DNA of 63,506 bases, the filler included, from Phoronis australis (Eukaryota > Animalia > Phoronida), in assembly GCA_002633005.1 (NCBI GenBank). It is 8 parts of 8 records of this genome, joined end to end, with 100 filler letters (N's around TTAATTAATTAA, not from the genome) between each part and the next. Parts side by side here need not be neighbours in the genome. Positions count along the whole stretch, not along the records: positions 25,978 to 38,110 come from NMRA01000967.1; positions 38,211 to 43,424 come from NMRA01002387.1; 6 more parts are not named here. One strand, written 5' to 3'. The notes below the pieces were generated by a model, which had not been told where the DNA came from, did not search any database, and saw nothing but the letters and a program-made list of their open reading frames with translations. How positions within the stretch are numbered: the stretch's first letter is position 1; every line of letters begins with the position of its first letter. This document shows positions 27,675-40,556 of this stretch, piece after piece. The translations under genes were made by a program, and so were the position numbers.

Positions 27675-29034
27675 TTAATATTAATCAGGCGACACTTCTG
27701 TTGACTGAGTATCAGTAAAACTGAAATATTGTAACGGTCTTTTGAGGAACAAAATTTAGAAAATATTCATATTTTGCCACATTTTCTTCACGTTTGTCCA
27801 GTGCAAAAAATGCAAAATGAACTCAAAAGAGTCTACGTGGGGGCTTTTTTGTTTCTTGTTTCCATGGGATGGGGGGCTCTTTTGGAAATCCTCAGTAATC
27901 ATTTCCTGACATGTGGTTTAGTACATTTTATTTTGGCAATTAATATAAAACAGTTGAGCAATTCCCAAACAGGAACATTATACCCCTCTGCTTCATGGTT
28001 GCCGAAGCAATGAGTCTGCCTATTTTTGACAATGATTGAAATTGAAATTCTCACTCAGGATAGCGTATTGTTTTCTGTACCGCACGGTTGGGCGATATTA
28101 GCATTGACACTAGGTGACATGTAATATCAAACAATAGGTGGTGCTGTTTGTTACAATATGGCAGTTTCCAGTCTTCAGACTCATTAAACACTTCTCATTG
28201 TCTGCTTACTTGTATTGCAAGTGCTGCCGGACAATAGGGTACAGCTGGTGAAAAAGCCAGTTATTTTCAGAGAGAATATGAAAGTGGGGTCAGATTTTAT
28301 ATATGTCTTCTTGGTATTTTGGGAAGCTATTTTCGTACCAAAATTGAATACTAGATGAGATTGAATACCAGACATGTGTCCAGGAATTTTTTATGCCTTG
28401 CAGCAAAATGTCCTAAGATCAGTTCAGATTTGTGACTAATAAAATGCTGACAAGGATTTTGTGTTGTGTAACGGTGTGCTATGGGCTTTATTTATAAATT
28501 CTGCAAACAAACAAGTTCATTTTGAAAATAAAAATAAGGCCATTGCATTTTATTTTCTGTACGTGAAATCCATTGAATGTCACACACAGCAGGTATTCAC
28601 GCAACAGTGACAGTTTGATGACACTGTTGCAGTCGCAGCCCATTCAAAGGTTATGGAAGAGTCATTGGCATAATTGAAATAGTTACTGAATTTGTGGTTA
28701 TTTAATATTTGATGCTATGCTTCTGTAAACCTCCATTTCGTCAATTAAACACGCTTTTAACTGAATAAATATCAGTGCTATAAAACTTTTATCAACTTAA
28801 CGCACGGTATCTATTAATCAAATGAAAAGTGATTTCTAAGCTTGAAACGAACTGATAGTTTATTGTTTCTTGCAACGGTGTTCAGTGCATGAAATGACTC
28901 ACTGTTATACAGGCCAACCTTTTGAGCCCCATCTTGAGCAATGACAAGCCTCTTGTGCTCTCCAAGTTCAGAAATTGCTTTTCAATCGAAGGTTGTAGAT
29001 GCAATGTAGACCAGAAACTTCAAACTTGACTAAA

Positions 29035-29284
29035 TTGTCGTTCTGTTGTTTGGTTGTTATTGTCGGTACTGACATGTGCTTTACAATTATCCAGACATTG
29101 TCATTCTGTTGTTTAGTTGTTATTGTCGGTACTGACGTGTGCTTTTACAATTATCCAGACATTGACATTCTGTTTTTTGGTTGTTATTGTCGGTACTGAC
29201 ATGTGCTTTTACAATTATCCAGACGTTGTCATTCTGTTGTTTGGTTGTTATTGTCGGTACTGACACGTGCTTTTACAATTACCC
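29035..29284. repeat. Minisatellite, ~63-64-bp unit x4
   Basis: TTGTCATTCTGTTGTTTGGTTGTTATTGTCGGTACTGAC units at 29035, 29098, 29162 and 29226. Confidence 0.9.
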
Positions 29285-29701
29285 ATGTCGCCTCATTCAA
29301 AAAATACTTGTGTTCAAAAGGAAGGAATACTGATACTGTATTTGCAGTCATTTAGGCCATGTGTCTATATTGGAAGCTGTGCCTATATCCAGAATTAGGC
29401 CTATACGTAAACCGTTTGATTAAAAACCATGCTTGAAGGTGAATCTTCGGATGTTGGCTCATGCACTGAAGTGAAGAATCTTGCTAGTGAATTAGGCTAA
29501 CTTAAACACGAAGCACTTGAGTAAGCAATGGTATTTGAAAAAAGGAATTCTGTTATAGGCAGATGGGCCTAAGTAGGCCGATACACCTAGTGAGAAAGGA
29601 AGAATGTATGCAGTTTGTGGAGAAGGAAGATTGGTTACAACTTGAGTTCATTTAATTTTGCAGCTGTCATCTGCCAAGGCGTGCTGTAAGCATATCCTAA
29701 A

Positions 29702-29874
29702 ATGGATCCAGAGAGTGGTTTTGTGGCTAAGAATTTGGAGCAGTATGAGGAATTATTTAAGGACAGATTCACGGATAATGACACAGACTATGCGCTTACA
29801 GTATCCAAGGTGCTTCCACCGCCCCCTTGTGTAGAAAACTGGTTCTCACGACCAAGGAGAGATGGAGGCAATAG
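29702..29874 (+). CDS. RAMAC: RNA guanine-N7 methyltransferase activating subunit (RAM/FAM103A1), coding exon 1
   Basis: EELFKDRFTDNDTDY...PPPPCVENW matches the RAM N-terminal domain; upstream acceptor TTTTGCAG at 29663; donor AG|GTTAGT (phase 2). Confidence 0.88.
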
Positions 29875-30262
29875 GTTAGTTTGAACACATAAGTAGTGTC
29901 TGTTCACTATAATATTACTTATGAAAACTAAAAAAACTGACCATTGTAATTCGTTTTCAAAATGAACTAATGTCATGGTGTTTTCAAATAGTTGCCTTGG
30001 AGGACAACAAAATTCAGTAGAGGTATTTGTAAGTGGTCCTTTTATCAAAGGCGTTCAGTTGTCGTAACGACAACAAGCTTAAAGAAACCACCAAATTGAG
30101 GGAACTAATTGCTTAACAACTTCCCGAATTTTTAATATCAGATTTTTTCATTTTTTACAATTCAATGGATAGAAGAAATAAAACCTAAACTACATTTTAT
30201 TTTCTTACCAGAAATTATTACACCGAGCTTTTATCAACATTGTTTAAATTTTTTTGTCACAG

Positions 30263-30458
30263 AGGAAGAGGTCGAGGTCAACGATTTGGTCACCATGACG
30301 ACAGAGGCCGTCAACACTGGCAAGACCGGGGACATTACAGTCGCCATGAATACAGGTCGTATGGCCATCAGGGTCATCGGGATCAACCATATCATGATAG
30401 TTACAGGAGGGATAGGAGCCCGCCACGTAGAGATGATAGGGGCAGTCAATGGACATGA
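30263..30458 (+). CDS. RAMAC: RAM coding exon 2 (R/G/H/Y-rich tail); spliced product ~122 aa
   Basis: Acceptor TTTTTGTCACAG; phase matches exon 1 (AG+A = Arg); RGRGRGQRFGHHDDRGRQHW...QWT*; AATAAA at ~30717. Confidence 0.85.
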
Positions 30459-31500
30459 ACAGACTGGTGATCAAAACGACACTGTTCAATGATCAATATA
30501 CCAAACATTTAAGGATATATCGTTGACCAAAAATTACTTTATTAACGAAGGCGGTCAAGTGTTGATCGGACACGATGTACATGTAATGCTAGACGATCCC
30601 AGGGAATATCAGTGGCACAGGTTGAATTTTGCATTATAGAAAGATACTCGTTACAAATGGACCATCAACCTATTGGAACTTGAAATTCATAGAATGCTGT
30701 TGGGGTCACTACAGTAAATAAATAAATATGAGCACAGCCCCAGAATTCTCTTTCGCATTACAGGTGAAACTACAGTGTATGGAGCTTGTACAAATATATT
30801 GATTGGGACCTTGTGGGCCCATACTTAGTGACGTCACCCATGCTGGTGTATGGCCACCAGTCCTTAAAGCAACTGTAAACCGTGTCTGTTGTCTAAAAGG
30901 ACTTTCTTCAAAGAAATCTGATGTGACTTCTGCATTCAGTAATTATCAACCAAATATAGGTAAAAACATTGTTTTTAAAGTGTTTTTCAGGGTTTGGAAT
31001 TTTCCACTTTCAGAGGATTTCCTCTTTTGGTTTGAATTTCCTCTTCTTTGACTTCCAGTTTCCTCTTTTTTCATCTCTTTTATCATTATTTTGACTTTAT
31101 TCATGCAGAAACATTTATTTCAGTTAAATTTTACAACACAAAACAGTATTTCTATCACACTAACCTATTTATTTGTGGAACGATTCATCTCTGACCTGGA
31201 AATTTTCCCTCTTTTTTGTCAAGCCTTGGTTTGATACCTTCATGCCATCAGGGTTTGATGCTTGACATAGTGGCAACTCGCCAAATGCGCTGGCAAATTC
31301 CCTGGTTGCCAAACAGAACTGAAATTACCAAATAGAAGAAACCTCTGTGTGTGGGGGAGGGGGGTGATGGAAATGCTGGCCCTACAAGTGAGGGAGAGTT
31401 GACGAGATCCAAAAATGAAATAAACAAGATACTGGTAAATTGAAGAACCAGCAAACTCGTTGAATGAATACCACCGCGCCCAAGGCCGTCTGGAGGGCAC

Positions 31501-32500
31501 TTTTTATTTAGGAGAGTTTCTCTAGGTCTTGCCGTTCTTTAGTTATTCGAGGTTTTTCAAGGACTGGTGTCCAAGTAACTGAGTTTTTGTGCCGTATCTT
31601 CGGCGTGTCTGGACGGATCTGTCTGAAATTTGGTATGCGGATAGATCTCAAGCGCTGTCTGCATTATGAAACCCGTTTTTTGCTGCAACTTGCTGTTCTC
31701 ACGTTATTCGAGATTTTCTGCTCAGATGACTGATCTTTCGTTGATAGCACGTTGTTAGTATATTATATTTGTACTAGAGACCGCATTTTTCATGTGATAG
31801 ACCTGAAATTTACTTACAATGTTTATTTAGTCTATAGTCCGAACACTTGTTCTTGGGCGAAATCGGACGCAAGATGGCGCTGCGATGGTCATTTTTCGAA
31901 CCTCTTGCTCTGCGATCTTGTTACCGAACCTTTTCAAATTTGGTATGAACCTAGATCTCCTTACGGGCTATCTAATGAATTTGTGTAATAAGCATTGGGA
32001 CTTATAGTTATTCATTTAATATGTTCTTGGTTTCGCCGTCGCTTGATTTACTCAAGTATCGCTCTTCAGAGCAACGGTTTGCATTTTTTTACTTTTTCAA
32101 GCCAAAGTCATTGTGTTATTATTCTTTGCTGGAACTGAAATTGGTGTCAATAAAACACTTGGGACAGGGGTCTAATCTTTTTTATACTCGATTTCGTACT
32201 CAAAAATATTTTTCTCATATTCTGTTCAGTTTTTATGCACACACATATTTATATATGGATGCAATATGCCGTCGTCCGCCGTCCTGCGTCTGATGTTCTA
32301 TCTCCAAAACCCTTATGTATGTTCGTGGAATTTTGCACTTGTGTTCCTTTCATGAATGGGACGACATGAGCAAACATTCGGATGGATCCGACTACCGGTA
32401 CGCCCCCTAGTGGCAATTTTAGTTTTTTTACCTTTACTTCTGTGTCCTCAAACGTCCTCGCGGATTCCCATCAAGTTTGTTAATATGATCAACCACGCCT
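31501..32500. mobile_element. Helentron/HINE-like non-autonomous repeat remnants
   Basis: T-rich starts (31501, ~32230 TTTTATGCAC), CGTC microrepeats, GAAATTTGG and GGATCCGAC..GCCCCCTAGTGGC motifs shared with 46650-47172. Confidence 0.4.
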
Positions 32501-35500
32501 GGATCCATATGCTGTTCTTCAAAAACTTCCTGTTTGGTCTTCTATTTTCTTCATAATTTATTTTTGATTGTTTCCAACCAAATTCATTCTTATGCAGAGC
32601 TTCAGGCCTTTTCTGTTATCAGTGTCTTTTCACATTGCTGTGAGTACCTATTTATCTGATTGAGCCATGTATTATTCTTTTTTCTATTTCATTTTCGTTT
32701 ACCTTCTTGAAGTTTTTCTCATAAAATTTCAGTACTATTCCTGCATAGGTTTCTTCGTTATTCTATTTTTGAATGCCAAGATGCTGGTCACATTTGATAT
32801 AATTGTTGATGCGTTATATTTTTGACACATGATATTAATAAACTTATCTAGTTTTCCTGCATTTCAAGGAAACTTTGTTATTTAGTGTATATCTCTGGGT
32901 ACCAGGAGCACAGTTCTGCTCACTGCATTCTTGTCTTTATTTTATTATCGAATAGACCTGAATGACAGCAGATTTAGTGATCATCCTGACCCATAAACAC
33001 ACACTAAGGAAGACAACTGCCTGACCTCCGTGTGAAGATCTAAAGCTTCCTTCAACCTTTCACACAGTCGGGTGCTACACCAACAGTCGGGGCAGCTGTG
33101 GAGAATTTCTTTTTGGCCAAATTTTTAGTAGATGTTCTGGGAAAAGATATTAAAAAATGAATGATATCTGATCTAAGATCAAAATATATCTATTGAGGCT
33201 TGTCATTCTATTCACATGTTGTGCGTATCTGTAACTATGATGAAGCAGCCATTTACTTACCCTGGATCCATATGTTGTCCTTCTTTAAAAAACTTCCTGT
33301 TTGGTCTTCTGTTTTCTTCATAATTTATATTTGATTATTCCCAACCTCTTTCATTCTGATGCTGAGCTTCAGGTCTTTTCTGCTAATCATAGTCGTTTTA
33401 CATTGGTGTGAGTACCTGTTAACCTGATTGAGCCATTCATTATATTTTGTTCTATTTCTTCCGTTTTTCCTTCTTAAAAATTTCCTGGTAAGATTACAAT
33501 TGTATTACTGCATAGGTTTGTTTGTTATTTTAAGTTTGAATAGGAAGGTGCTGGCCACATTTGATAAGGATTGTTGATGTGTTATATTTTTGACACATGA
33601 TATTACTAAATTCCTGCATTACAAAGATATTCTGTAGTGTAAATCTCTGGGTACCAGTATCACTGTTCTGCTCATTACATTCATGTCTTCATTTATTTAT
33701 CGAAAATTCATGAATGACAACAGATTTAGTAATCATCCTGACCCAGAAACATACACCAAAGACAACTGTCTGATCTCGTGTGAAGATTTAAAACTTCCTC
33801 CATTCTTTCACGCTGTCATTTACTACTTTATCAGTCGGAGCTGCTGTGGGGAATTTCCCCCGTGGCTGGTTTCTTATTGTTGTTCTTTAAAATATGTTGA
33901 CATACAGGCGAACTAGTTTCAAAGATATACTGGCTTTTACTGTCTGTCGATTTGTTTTTACTCATTAAGAAGTACATATTTACCAAAACAACTGATAACA
34001 TATGTACTTTCCCATGTCTTGTTGTGCTCAATGCTTTTTTTCTGAGGCTGTCTCTATTCTTGACTCTTCTGAATTCAATCTTGAGTGTTTCCAATTAGTT
34101 ACTTCCGATCAAAAGATTCCATGCCATTATGTTCTGCTAATCAGTGTCTTATAACATTGCTGTGAGTACCTGTTAGCCTGATGAAGCAGAATAGTTACTT
34201 TGCCTTTGCTATATTTGTTTTTAGTACTTCTTCGACTGCTTTGTTCGGATTCATTTTAGGGGATAATAAACAAAACTCGTTTTGTCAAACAGTTTTCGGT
34301 TACTCTTCCACTTCATCTGCTCTTGTGAGATCTCAGTTGAGGTGGGTTTTGTTTTTCTATTGTTTATTTGCTGACTACTGCAAAGTTGGCCATTTCTGTG
34401 ATTTGAGTAATCGTGACACTACTATTTTTTGACATTTCCAAGAGATTCTCAAGTGTTTTGTCTGTGGGTACCAGGAGCACAGTTCTGTTCATTGCATTCA
34501 TGCCTTTATTTAGTTATCGAATAGACCTGAATGACAGCAGATTTAGTGATCATCCTGACCCATAAACACACACCAAGGAAGACAACTGCCTGACCTCCGT
34601 GTGAAGATCTAAAGCTTCCTTCAACCTTTCACACAGTCGGGTGCTACACCAACAGTCGGGGCAGCTGCGGAGATCTTCTTTTTGGCCAACTTTTTAGTAG
34701 ATGTTCTGTGAAAATATAAACGATGAAAGATATGTTGTCAAATATCAAAATATTTCTACTGAGGCTTGTTAGATTTTTCACATGTTTACATGCGTATCAG
34801 GCGTTTACTTACCCTGGACCATATGTTGTCCGTCTTTAAAAACTTCCTGTTTGGTGTGCTGTTATCTTCATAATCTATTGTTGCTTGTTACCCATCTTTT
34901 TTCTTCTGATTCAGAGCTTTTGGTCTGTACTGCAAATCAGTGTCTTTTCACATTGCTGTGAGTACCTGTTAACCTGATTGAGCCATTTGTTATTCTTNAC
35001 TTTGCCTCTGCTATATTTGTTTTTAGTACTTCTTCGACTGCTTTGTTCAGTTTCATTGAAGAGAATAATAAACAAAACTATTTTTGTCAAACAGTTTTCG
35101 ACTACTCTTCCACTTCATCTGCTCTTGTGAGATCTCAGATGAGATGGGTTTTGTTTTTCTCTTGTTTATTTACTGACTACTGCAAAGTTGGCCATTTGTG
35201 TGATTTGAGTAATCGTGACACTGCTAATATTCACGTTTCCAAGATATTCTCAAGTGTTTTGTCTGTGGGTACCAGGAGCACAGTACTGCTCATTGCATTC
35301 ATGTCTTTATTTAGTTATCGAATAGACCTGAATGACAGCAGATTTAGTGATCATCCTGACCCAGAAACGTTCACCAAGGAAGACAACTGCCTGACATCCG
35401 TGTGAAGATCTAAAGCTTCCTTCAACCTTTCACACAGTCGGGTGCCGCACCAACAGTCGGGGCAGCTGTGGAGAATTTCTTTTTGGCCAAATTTTTAGTA

Positions 35501-38110
35501 GATGTTCTGTGAAAAGATAAACAATGAATGATACGCTATCAAATATCAAAACATTTCTACTGAGGCTTGTTAGATTTTTCACATGTTTACATGCGTATCA
35601 GGCGTTCACTTACCCTGGATCCATATGTTGTCCTTCTTTAAAAACTTCCTGTTTGGTCTGCTGTTATCTTCATAATCTATTGTTGATTGTTACCCATCTT
35701 TTTTTTCTGATTCAGAGCTTTAGGTCTGTACTGCAAATCAGTGTCTTTTCACATTGCTGTGAGTACCTGTTAACCTGATTGAGCCATTTGTTATTCTTTA
35801 TTTCTATTCAATTCTTTCTTTTTTCTTAAAGTTTTTCTCGTAAAATTACAGTTCTGTTACTTCATAGGTTNNNNNNNNNNNNNNNNNNNNNNNNNNNNNN
35901 NNNNNNNNNNNNNNNNNNNNNNNNNNNNNNNNNNNNNNNNNNNNNNNNNNNNNNNNNNNNNNNNNNNNNNNNNNNNNNNNNNNNNNNNNNNNNNNNNNNN
36001 NNNNNNNNNNNNNNNNNNNNNNNNNNNNNNNNNNNNNNNNNNNNNNNNNNNNNNNNNNNNNNNNNNNNNNNNNNNNNNNNNNNNNNNNNNNNNNNNNNNN
36101 NNNNNNNNNNNNNNNNNNNNNNNNNNNNNNNNNNNNNNNNNNNNNNNNNNNNNNNNNNNNNNNNNNNNNNNNNNNNNNNNNNNNNNNNNNNNNNNNNNNN
36201 NNNNNNNNNNNNNNNNNNNNNNNNNNNNNNNNNNNNNNNNNNNNNNNNNNNNNNNNNNNNNNNNNNNNNNNNNNNNNNNNNNNNNNNNNNNNNNNNNNNN
36301 NNNNNNNNNNNNNNNNNNNNNNNNNNNNNNNNNNNNNNNNNNNNNNNNNNNNNNNNNNNNNNNNNNNNNNNNNNNNNNNNNNNNNNNNNNCACCAAGGAA
36401 GACAACTGCCTGACCTCCGTGTGAAGATCTAAAGCTTCCTTCAACCTTTCACACAGTCGGGTGCTACACCAACAGTCGGGGCAGCTGTGGAGAATTTCTT
36501 TGTGGCCAAATTTGTAGTAGACGTTCTGTGAAAAGATAAACAATGAATGATATGCTATCAAATATCAAAATATTTCTACTGAGGCTTGTTAGATTTTTAA
36601 CATGTTTACATGCGTATCAGGCGTTTACTTACCCTGGATCCATATGTTGTCTTTCTTTAAAAACTTCCTGCTTGGTCTGCTGTTATCTTCATAATCTATT
36701 GTTGATTGTTACCCATCTTTTTTCTTCTGATACAGAGGTTTAGGTCTGTACTGCAAATCAGTGTCTTTTCACATTGCTGTGAGTACCTGTTAACCTGATT
36801 GAGCCATTTGTTATTCTTTTGTTCTATTCAATTCTTTCTTTTTTCTTAAACTTTTTCTCGTAAAATTACAGTACTGTTACTTCATAGGTTTGTTTTCATG
36901 TACTAAGATATTGGCCACATTTGATTTTTGATTATTGATGTGTTGTATTTTTGACACATGATATTACTGAATTCCTGCGTTCCAAAGAAACTCTGTAGTG
37001 TAAATCTCTGGGTACCAGGATCACTGTTCTGCTCACTGCATTCATGTCTTTTTTAATTTTCACGTAGACCTGAATGACAGCAGATTTAGTAATCATCCTG
37101 ACCCAGAAACATACACCAAGGAAGACAACTGTCTGATCTCGTGTGAAGATCTAAAACTTCCTTCATCCTTTCAGCCAGTCAAGTACCACTTTATCAGTCG
37201 TAGCTTCTGTGGGGGACTTTCCCTTGTGGCTGCTTTCTTATTGTTGTTCTTTAAAATATGTCGACACACAGGTGAACTATTTTCAAAGATATACGGGCTT
37301 TTACTGTCTCTTGCTGTCTTTTTACTCACTGAGAAGTTCTTGTTTTCCAAAACAATTGAGATGATGTGTACTTTTCCCTGTGTTGTTGAGCTCAATGCTT
37401 TTTTCTGAGGCTGTCTGTGTTCTTGACTCTTCTGAATTCAATCTTGTGTGTTTCCAGTTGGTTTCTTCCGATCAAATCATTACAGGCTATTATGTTCTGC
37501 TAATCAGTGTCTTATCACATTGCTGTGAGTACCTGTTAGCCTGATGAAGCAGAACAGTGGCTTTGCCTCTGCTATATTTGTTTTTAGTACTTCTTGGACT
37601 GCTTTGTTCAGTTTCATTAAAGGGAATAATCAACAAAACTATTTTTGTCAAACAGTTTTCGACTACTCTTCCACTTCATCTGCTCTTGTGAGATCTCAGA
37701 TGAGGTGGGTTTTGTTTTTCTCTTATTTATTTACTGACTACTGCAAAGTTGGTCATTTCTGTGATTTGAGTAATCGTGACACTGCTAATATTCACGTTTC
37801 CAAGATATTCTCAAGTGTTTTGTCTGTGGGTACCAGGAGCACAGTACTGCTCATTGCATTCATGTCTTGATTAAGTTATCGAATAGACCTGAATGACAGC
37901 AGATTTAGTGATCATCCTGACCCAGAAACGTTCACCAAGGAAGACAACTGCCTGACATCCGTGTGAAGATCTAAAGCTTCCTTCAACCTTTCACACAGTC
38001 GGGTGCTGCACCAACAGTCGGGGCAGCTGTGGAGAATTTCTTTTTGGCCAAATTTTTAGTAGATGTTCTGTGAAAAGATAAACAATGAATGATACGCTAT
38101 CAAATATCAA
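32500..38110. repeat. Satellite array: ~750-820-bp monomers with a ~1.55-kb dimeric higher-order unit (contains N gaps)
   Basis: Anchor CATTGCTGTGAGTACC at ~32633, 33401, 34154, 34951, 35752, 36772, 37518; anchor GAATGACAGCAGATTTAGT at ~32960, 33712, 34529, 35330, 37072, 37891. Confidence 0.9.
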
Positions 38111-38210
38111 NNNNNNNNNNNNNNNNNNNNNNNNNNNNNNNNNNNNNNNNNNNNTTAATTAATTAANNNNNNNNNNNNNNNNNNNNNNNNNNNNNNNNNN
38201 NNNNNNNNNN

Positions 38211-38569
38211 ATCCTGAGGACGGTTCTGCAATATGCGTTGTTGTTCTTCAAGTATTTTGTCATTGGTCATTCCACCTCTGCTCAACACATCCGTGCCCGA
38301 CTCTCTCCTGGAATTTGCATACTCAGGCTTCTGTGTAGTCCTATGTTCATCGATAGTCACACTTTTGACTTTGGCACAATCCACTGTTTCCACAGGGGGT
38401 GGTCTACAGCTTGGTTTCAGACTAGATTTCTGCACTTCTTTGGTTGGTGTTGGCGGAGACAAACCAAAGGCACCAGCCAGGCCTCCGCTGGAGCTGCTGG
38501 AGCTGCTGATCACCGTGGCGACGGCAGTCTGTGTGAATGCATTGTCCTCTTCATCTGCTTCAGCGGAGT
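38211..38569 (-). CDS. ANKS3: ANKS3 exon (Ser-rich linker up to the start of the SAM domain; runs into the gap)
   Basis: Acceptor GTGTTGACAG, phase 1; DEEDNAF...SSSSSSSGGLAGAFGLS...RPQD parallels vertebrate ANKS3 EEHAF..SSSSSEGLARAQGLS..GPQD as I recall it. Confidence 0.8.
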
Positions 38570-39347
38570 CTGTCAACACAACAATCTCATTCAATATAAA
38601 CATAATTATGAGTCGCCTATTACAACGAAGATTGCAGTTTAAAAAATTGCATGTCCACGTGTGCGCAATAGTTTACCTAAAGTTATGTTAGCATCCAGAC
38701 ATCTGCAAAATTGTGAGAAAGCGCATTGTCAGAGTCATTGTAGAAGGTTACGCCAGCTCATCAACGTCTGGGTAAACAATTAAACTTCCCATGATAAGAT
38801 GAGAAACGAAATATAAGTACAATATTTAAGTACAGAAGGCCAATCACCAGTCATATAATCAAACACCTACCCCTCAATATGGATTAAGACAAGACTGATA
38901 AGCATTTGCATCGACACTCGAGGTGCCAAACTTGATTTAGCAGACGTTTCAAATTTTCAGTTGCTAGATCCGTATCTGACAAATAAGACGACTTAATTCA
39001 AATCAGTGAAAATTTTTTAATTAAATGTTACTTCAAATCGAATCACGATCTTCGATACAGATACAATAAGTACCCAAAGTCACTGGTCCTTGCATTCTCT
39101 AAATGACCGTAACTGAAAAGAAGTTTCATTCCATGAGCTAAGACAAGTCTGAGGCATTGCTAATCAAATGTCGAATAACCTCGACGAGTTTGTGAAAAAA
39201 ATCAATACTTAGTGAAAACTCGTAAAATCTTGACGTCTAACCGCAATTATTCTAAACTCAAAACCAATCGAAAATGGTAAAAAAGCAAGGATTCAGCAAC
39301 TTAATAAGAATTTTTAGTACTTCTACTGTCTTGAAGCGAAGCCGCAT

Positions 39348-39467
39348 CTTTTCCACAGCTATCCAAGTGATCGTCTGCTGTTATGGGTGACGTGAAGTCT
39401 CTGAAGCAGATGTCCTTTGATGGAACGTTGCCTTCATCAATTGTCACGTAACCTTTAGGTATCACAG
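39348..39467 (-). CDS. ANKS3: ANKS3 exon (donor appears non-canonical)
   Basis: Acceptor GATTTCACAG; VIPKGYVTIDEG...ICFRDFTSPI matches ANKS3 PPRGYVTF...CCRDVTSPI; 120 nt, phase 1-1 if it ends at AAAG|ATGCGG. Confidence 0.72.
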
Positions 39468-40556
39468 CTGTGAAATCAGTCAACAAAAATTATGGCCTAT
39501 TAATTCAGGGGATTTCTGTCGATATTCAATGCGGGGACGTTGTCAGCTTGTAAACATTCGGTGATGACATCACAGATTGATTGTGGACATGTAACCTGAA
39601 TCATAATTAATTTGTGGTTGAGGTGGTCAGATTTGACTTCAGCATACCTCGACAATCTTCTGCACAAAAGACTTGCTGATCTATTAATTTGTTTGTCACA
39701 TTTGATGCTGACTCTCAATCTTCTATTTTTGCACAATCGACTTTTTACTCTCACCAAACAGTTTGCTGCAGTGCACAGCTCTGGTGCATGAAAGTGTTGT
39801 TGCAGTCATATTGTTTCAAGGCCCTTGTTGCCTTCAATTTGAGGCCGAATATGGACCCCATTCCCTTTCGAAAATGTTTTAAAATAACGTGAAATTCCCC
39901 TCACCAGGTCCTGCAATGATTAAAAATTGGATTCACTTTTATAATAACTAAAGTCACTTGAGGCATTGCCGATGAGGGTAACGGGGGTGGTGACCATCAC
40001 CCCTCAAATAAAAATTCCCCTCATGGAAGACACAGGCACCTTTTTTCTCAGGTGAGCAAGGGCCACATGTTTACATGTCACCAAGTTATCAGTGATACCA
40101 GATGTTTACAAGGCTAGGATCACACCACAGAGCACTTGAACGACAGTAGCACAGCAAATGACATCCCAGACTTCTACACATTCACACTCACCTCGCCCTG
40201 TAGGATAAAGGTTCCATAGGCACTTGATTGGAAATAGTTACAACACACCCTTGAGTGCAAATTTAGCAGCACTGCACGCAACTATACATTTTTGACTTGT
40301 GCAAGTGGTTTTCAGAAGACCTGTTGTAAATTACCAGAACAAATTATTCTTAACTCCATACAAAATGGTGTTACTAAAAGTTGAAACTGTCATCACTACT
40401 CCGACAGAAAAAACTCATCTCAAGAGAAATGCAGACATTTTCTGAATATTTTTGGTAACAGAGCAGATCGCTTCATAAAAAGTTTCCATTTTACCTTAAG
40501 TCTGTATTCATTATAATCATGTTGGCACATTAAAAGAACAAGAGTCTCGATATTAC

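Noticed and set aside
29035-29284. CRISPR-like array (also 42005-42252 and 1031-1261)
   Set aside because: Whole units repeat without unique spacers, there are no cas genes, and the context is eukaryotic.
34181-37870. Recurrent 80-120-aa ORFs in the satellite
   Set aside because: They recur because the DNA is repeated; stops differ between units and no domain or consistent splicing pattern is evident.
39755-39765. Additional ANKS3 microexon candidate (CAG|CAAACTGTTTG|GTGAGA)
   Set aside because: 11 nt breaks the frame and the pyrimidine tract is poor.
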